From: Raillietiella orientalis
Taxonomy: Eukaryota
DNA: 64,000 nt
Direction of reading: 5' to 3'
Assembly (NCBI GenBank): GCA_036172245.1
Contig: JAYWIR010000001.1
Coordinates: forward strand, 1,364,001 to 1,428,000
Shown here piece after piece: positions 60,916-64,000 of the stretch (position 1 is its first letter; every line of letters starts with the position of its first letter). Both the position numbers and the translations under genes were made by a program. Under the pieces are notes generated by a model. That model worked only from the letters and a program-made list of their open reading frames with translations, did no database searches and was not told where the DNA came from.

Positions 60916-63900
60916 GGTCCACTGCCTCAAAGCACACCCAGAGGGGCAGTCGCTTCTCTCCAAACCGCATTCGTGACGACAAAAAACGGTTCGGGACGAG
61001 CTGGACAGACTCTCGGCTCCTGTAGGCCGGATGCCAAGAATGGTCGCCTGATGGCAGCATGCGCAGCCTCCTTGGACTCCCCCGGAGGGCAGTTCCTGCA
61101 GCAAATGCACATCGAGGGAGACAGCCACCGCGTCCCAGGTCCCGTGAAAGCCTCCCTCTCTCCCTCCCTCGGTCTTGATCCTGTTTTCGCTTTCGCACTC
61201 CGCGTCTGTAGCCTTCTGCAGCTCCCAGAAAAACAAATGCTTGTGCATGCCATAGCATCGTTTAGCATCTCCAGGGAAACCAGGTGTTGAGTAGCATGTC
61301 GCGTCTCCACCCCGACAGAGCAGACTTTTTCTCGGAGCACAGTGGCGCAGAGGGAGGACACGGCGCTGCCTCCTCTCGTTCAGGACCGGGGGCGGACTGC
61401 GGAAGAGTCCCGTCGGTTCCCGCCGAAGTTCCGGGTTCTGGTCGGGCTTTGCCCTACGAAAGGATGAGCAAACGATGTCTGGACCTTCCAGAAAGGGAAA
61501 TTTCACAGCGGGGTTCATCCGAAAGGTGGCGTCTGACGCGGGACATGCTGCGAGGTTGCCTTCTCCAGGAAGGCGTTCCCCGTCGCGAGCGGTGGCTCCC
61601 GGAGGGAACCAGACGGTAGCATCCCACGCGCGCAGCTCGCCGTTTTCGGGGAAACCGCGGAGGAGAGCTTCTTGCGCGCGTACAGTGAGGGTGGGAAGCC
61701 GTTCACCACGTCCTCAGGAACGCGAGGACCTGGCTCACGAACGGGCATCGGGAGCCAGCTGGAAACCGACCTGGCGGGACGAAGAAGTTGGTGCACTGGA
61801 GACCCCCCCACTTTTTGGAAGGTGTTCTCAACGCGTGAGCTCGAGATGAATCTCGCTGCCCTCCGGCGACGCAGGACCTGGCGGAGGTGGACCTCTCACC
61901 CCGAACAGCTCGGTCCGGTCTCGAGACGCGCGGAAGAGGCCGAGCAGGGCGCCCACATCTGCCAGCCCGTCCTCGGACGCCGCTCGTCCTTTCCTGCCTA
62001 GGGATCGATCGCTCCCGCATCTTGGGGAAGCTTCCGAAGCGGCGTGTAAGACTGCGCGACCTGACCTCAGAGGACCGTGCGCCCCCGGGAACGTCCGTCG
62101 CCGACGTCTCACGCGCGGTTCCTAGCCGCGCTTTGCCTCCTCCGGGAGTCGTCCAGGGAACGGGAGCTTCGCCTGGCCACCTTCAAGGGCGCGCTTGGCA
62201 GGGGCGTTTGTTGCAGGAAGGGACGCAGTCCTTTTCCCTGCAGGGTCGAAACGCCCCGCAGGATCTCTCCGCGAAAGCCCCAGCCCTGGTCCAGAGCGCT
62301 CGGCGTGTCGAGGAATTTTTCTTTTCTTTCACCCGAGCGCTCCGTGCTCAGAAAGGGGAGGCGTCCGGGCGTTATCCCACCCAGGTGAAATCCCGAAAAA
62401 AAAAGAATGCGCAGTCCTCCAGGTGCAGCCCTGCAGCAGCACGCGAGTGCGCCACCGCCTGATTGGCGGTCGCGATGGCTGCCGAGGACATGGAAGATCA
62501 TGTACTCGCTGACTGCTGATTAGCTATGCCGCCCTTCCAGAAACGCTGCTGCTGTGCTCGCACCGGTAATCAAGCAGCGGCACTAGGGACAGGCTTTGCC
62601 GCTACCCACTTGCCAGTTGCTCGAGCTTCTTCTTCTTCTCCCCCTTTTTGCTCTTTTCTTTTCTTTTTTTCTTTTTCTTCAAACTTTCGCCGTTGCGCGC
62701 ATGCGGCTGCCGACCTCTAACGATTGTCGGACTTTTTCAGCTCGGCCCGTTCCCAGAGACGGCGTGGCTCCTAAGCAGCGCCACCGCAAGAGGACACTGC
62801 CAGGGAAGAGGGAGGACGAAGAAGAAGTGAGGAAGAAGGAAGGGAGGAGGAGAAAAAAGGGAAGAGGAAGACGGCAGGGGGACCGACGCTGCTTCGCCAG
62901 GGTCTCTTGAAGGGAGACACCAGCTGCCCCATCCAGGCGGGCCCCTCCCGAAAGCGGCCGTTGTCGAAAACGGCAGCACGTGAAAAGCGAGCATGAAAGT
63001 CCAGACTTCATCTTCGGAGACGCGTGGCGGTCGGGTGTCTCGCCGTGCACGCAGCGAGGGACACTGAAACGGGACTCCAGTGCGCCTCCGCACGAGGCCG
63101 AGCCAACTCGGGGATGCGCCGAAGAGGTGCCTCGAAAATCGCGGGTTCCTCGTGACCTTTCGCGAAGCCGCGAAGAAACGGCGCGGGTTGGGCGGAACCT
63201 CTCAGCATCCTCAGCGAGGTAGATTCCTGCCCCGGCGGGAGAAAAGAGGGGGGAGGGGGGAGGAAGTGTCCCTCCCTCCGCGGGCGCTTCGAGGTGGTGT
63301 CAGGCCGAGCAACGGCGTTTTCGGGATGCTGCTACGACGGGAGATGAAACGCGCATTCGCGTTACGTGCTCGTCCACGTTTTGCGAATTCTGAGAGAAAC
63401 CGATCGCTCGCGGCAGTACCCAGCAGATCGTGATGTTGACAATTCCGCTGCTAATGAGATCCAGCTGGCACTTTTCGATTGCACCATTCTTCTGCTTCCA
63501 GTCTTTCGCTTTCCGTGCTGTCGCTGCAGGACGTCTGGAATTTCGGGAGGTGCCGGGGGGCAAGGGAGGGGGGAACGGAAAAGACTGCCGGCGTCTTGCG
63601 CACCAGCTTGAAAACGGGAAAAAAGAATAAAAAAATCCTCTCTCTCTGGAAGCAGGAGAAGAGTCCGGTTTCATCCTCCTTGGAAGGACTCTAGGAGGGC
63701 GCGAACAAAGTGCTCTTAAACACCTTCTTTCGGCTCTGCGTGTCTCCCTCTCCTCGAAGTCCGCGGATGGGAAAAGACAAAGGGGAGGGAAATGGGGGGG
63801 GGGAAAGAAATCCCCCCCCCCTCCCTCCTCTTTCTCCTCTTGTTTTCCTTCCCATCGATCGACACGAGCGGTGCAGAGGACGGGCATCCCCGCACGGTCC

Positions 63901-64000
63901 GTGCGACAACGGCGGTCCATCAGCGCGTCTGTTTGCTTTGACGTCGGGTTCTGGCGCCGAAAAAAAAAAAAAAAGGCAAAAGACAAACAGAATTTTCTGC

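Noticed and set aside
57805-61518. Long ORFs (300+ aa) in the downstream GC-rich region
   Set aside because: Arg/Pro/Gly-rich low-complexity translations in multiple overlapping frames, with no domain motifs.

Overview
This is animal (bilaterian) genomic DNA. I found no prokaryotic features or CRISPR arrays, and almost all ORF-track entries are artefacts of GC-rich or low-complexity sequence. The one intact gene is a Six1/2 (sine oculis) homeobox gene on the + strand. I reconstruct three coding exons by eye (30214-30890, 48697-48856, 49927-50172; about 360 aa), with a 17.8-kb first intron, a CpG-rich promoter carrying two CCAAT boxes, and a tandem AATAAA near 50393. The rest is repeat-derived. 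There are eight copies of a 0.45-1 kb poly(A)-tailed SINE-like element with a doubled tRNA-like head and an internal variable tandem array rich in C(UUCG)G hairpins. There is an intronless, decayed GLUT/SLC2A transporter pseudogene split by one SINE copy with an 11-bp target-site duplication. Several heavily decayed L1/Tx1-like LINE relics and two P-element/THAP9-like transposase relics are also present. All homology calls come from motif recognition without database searches, and relic boundaries are approximate.
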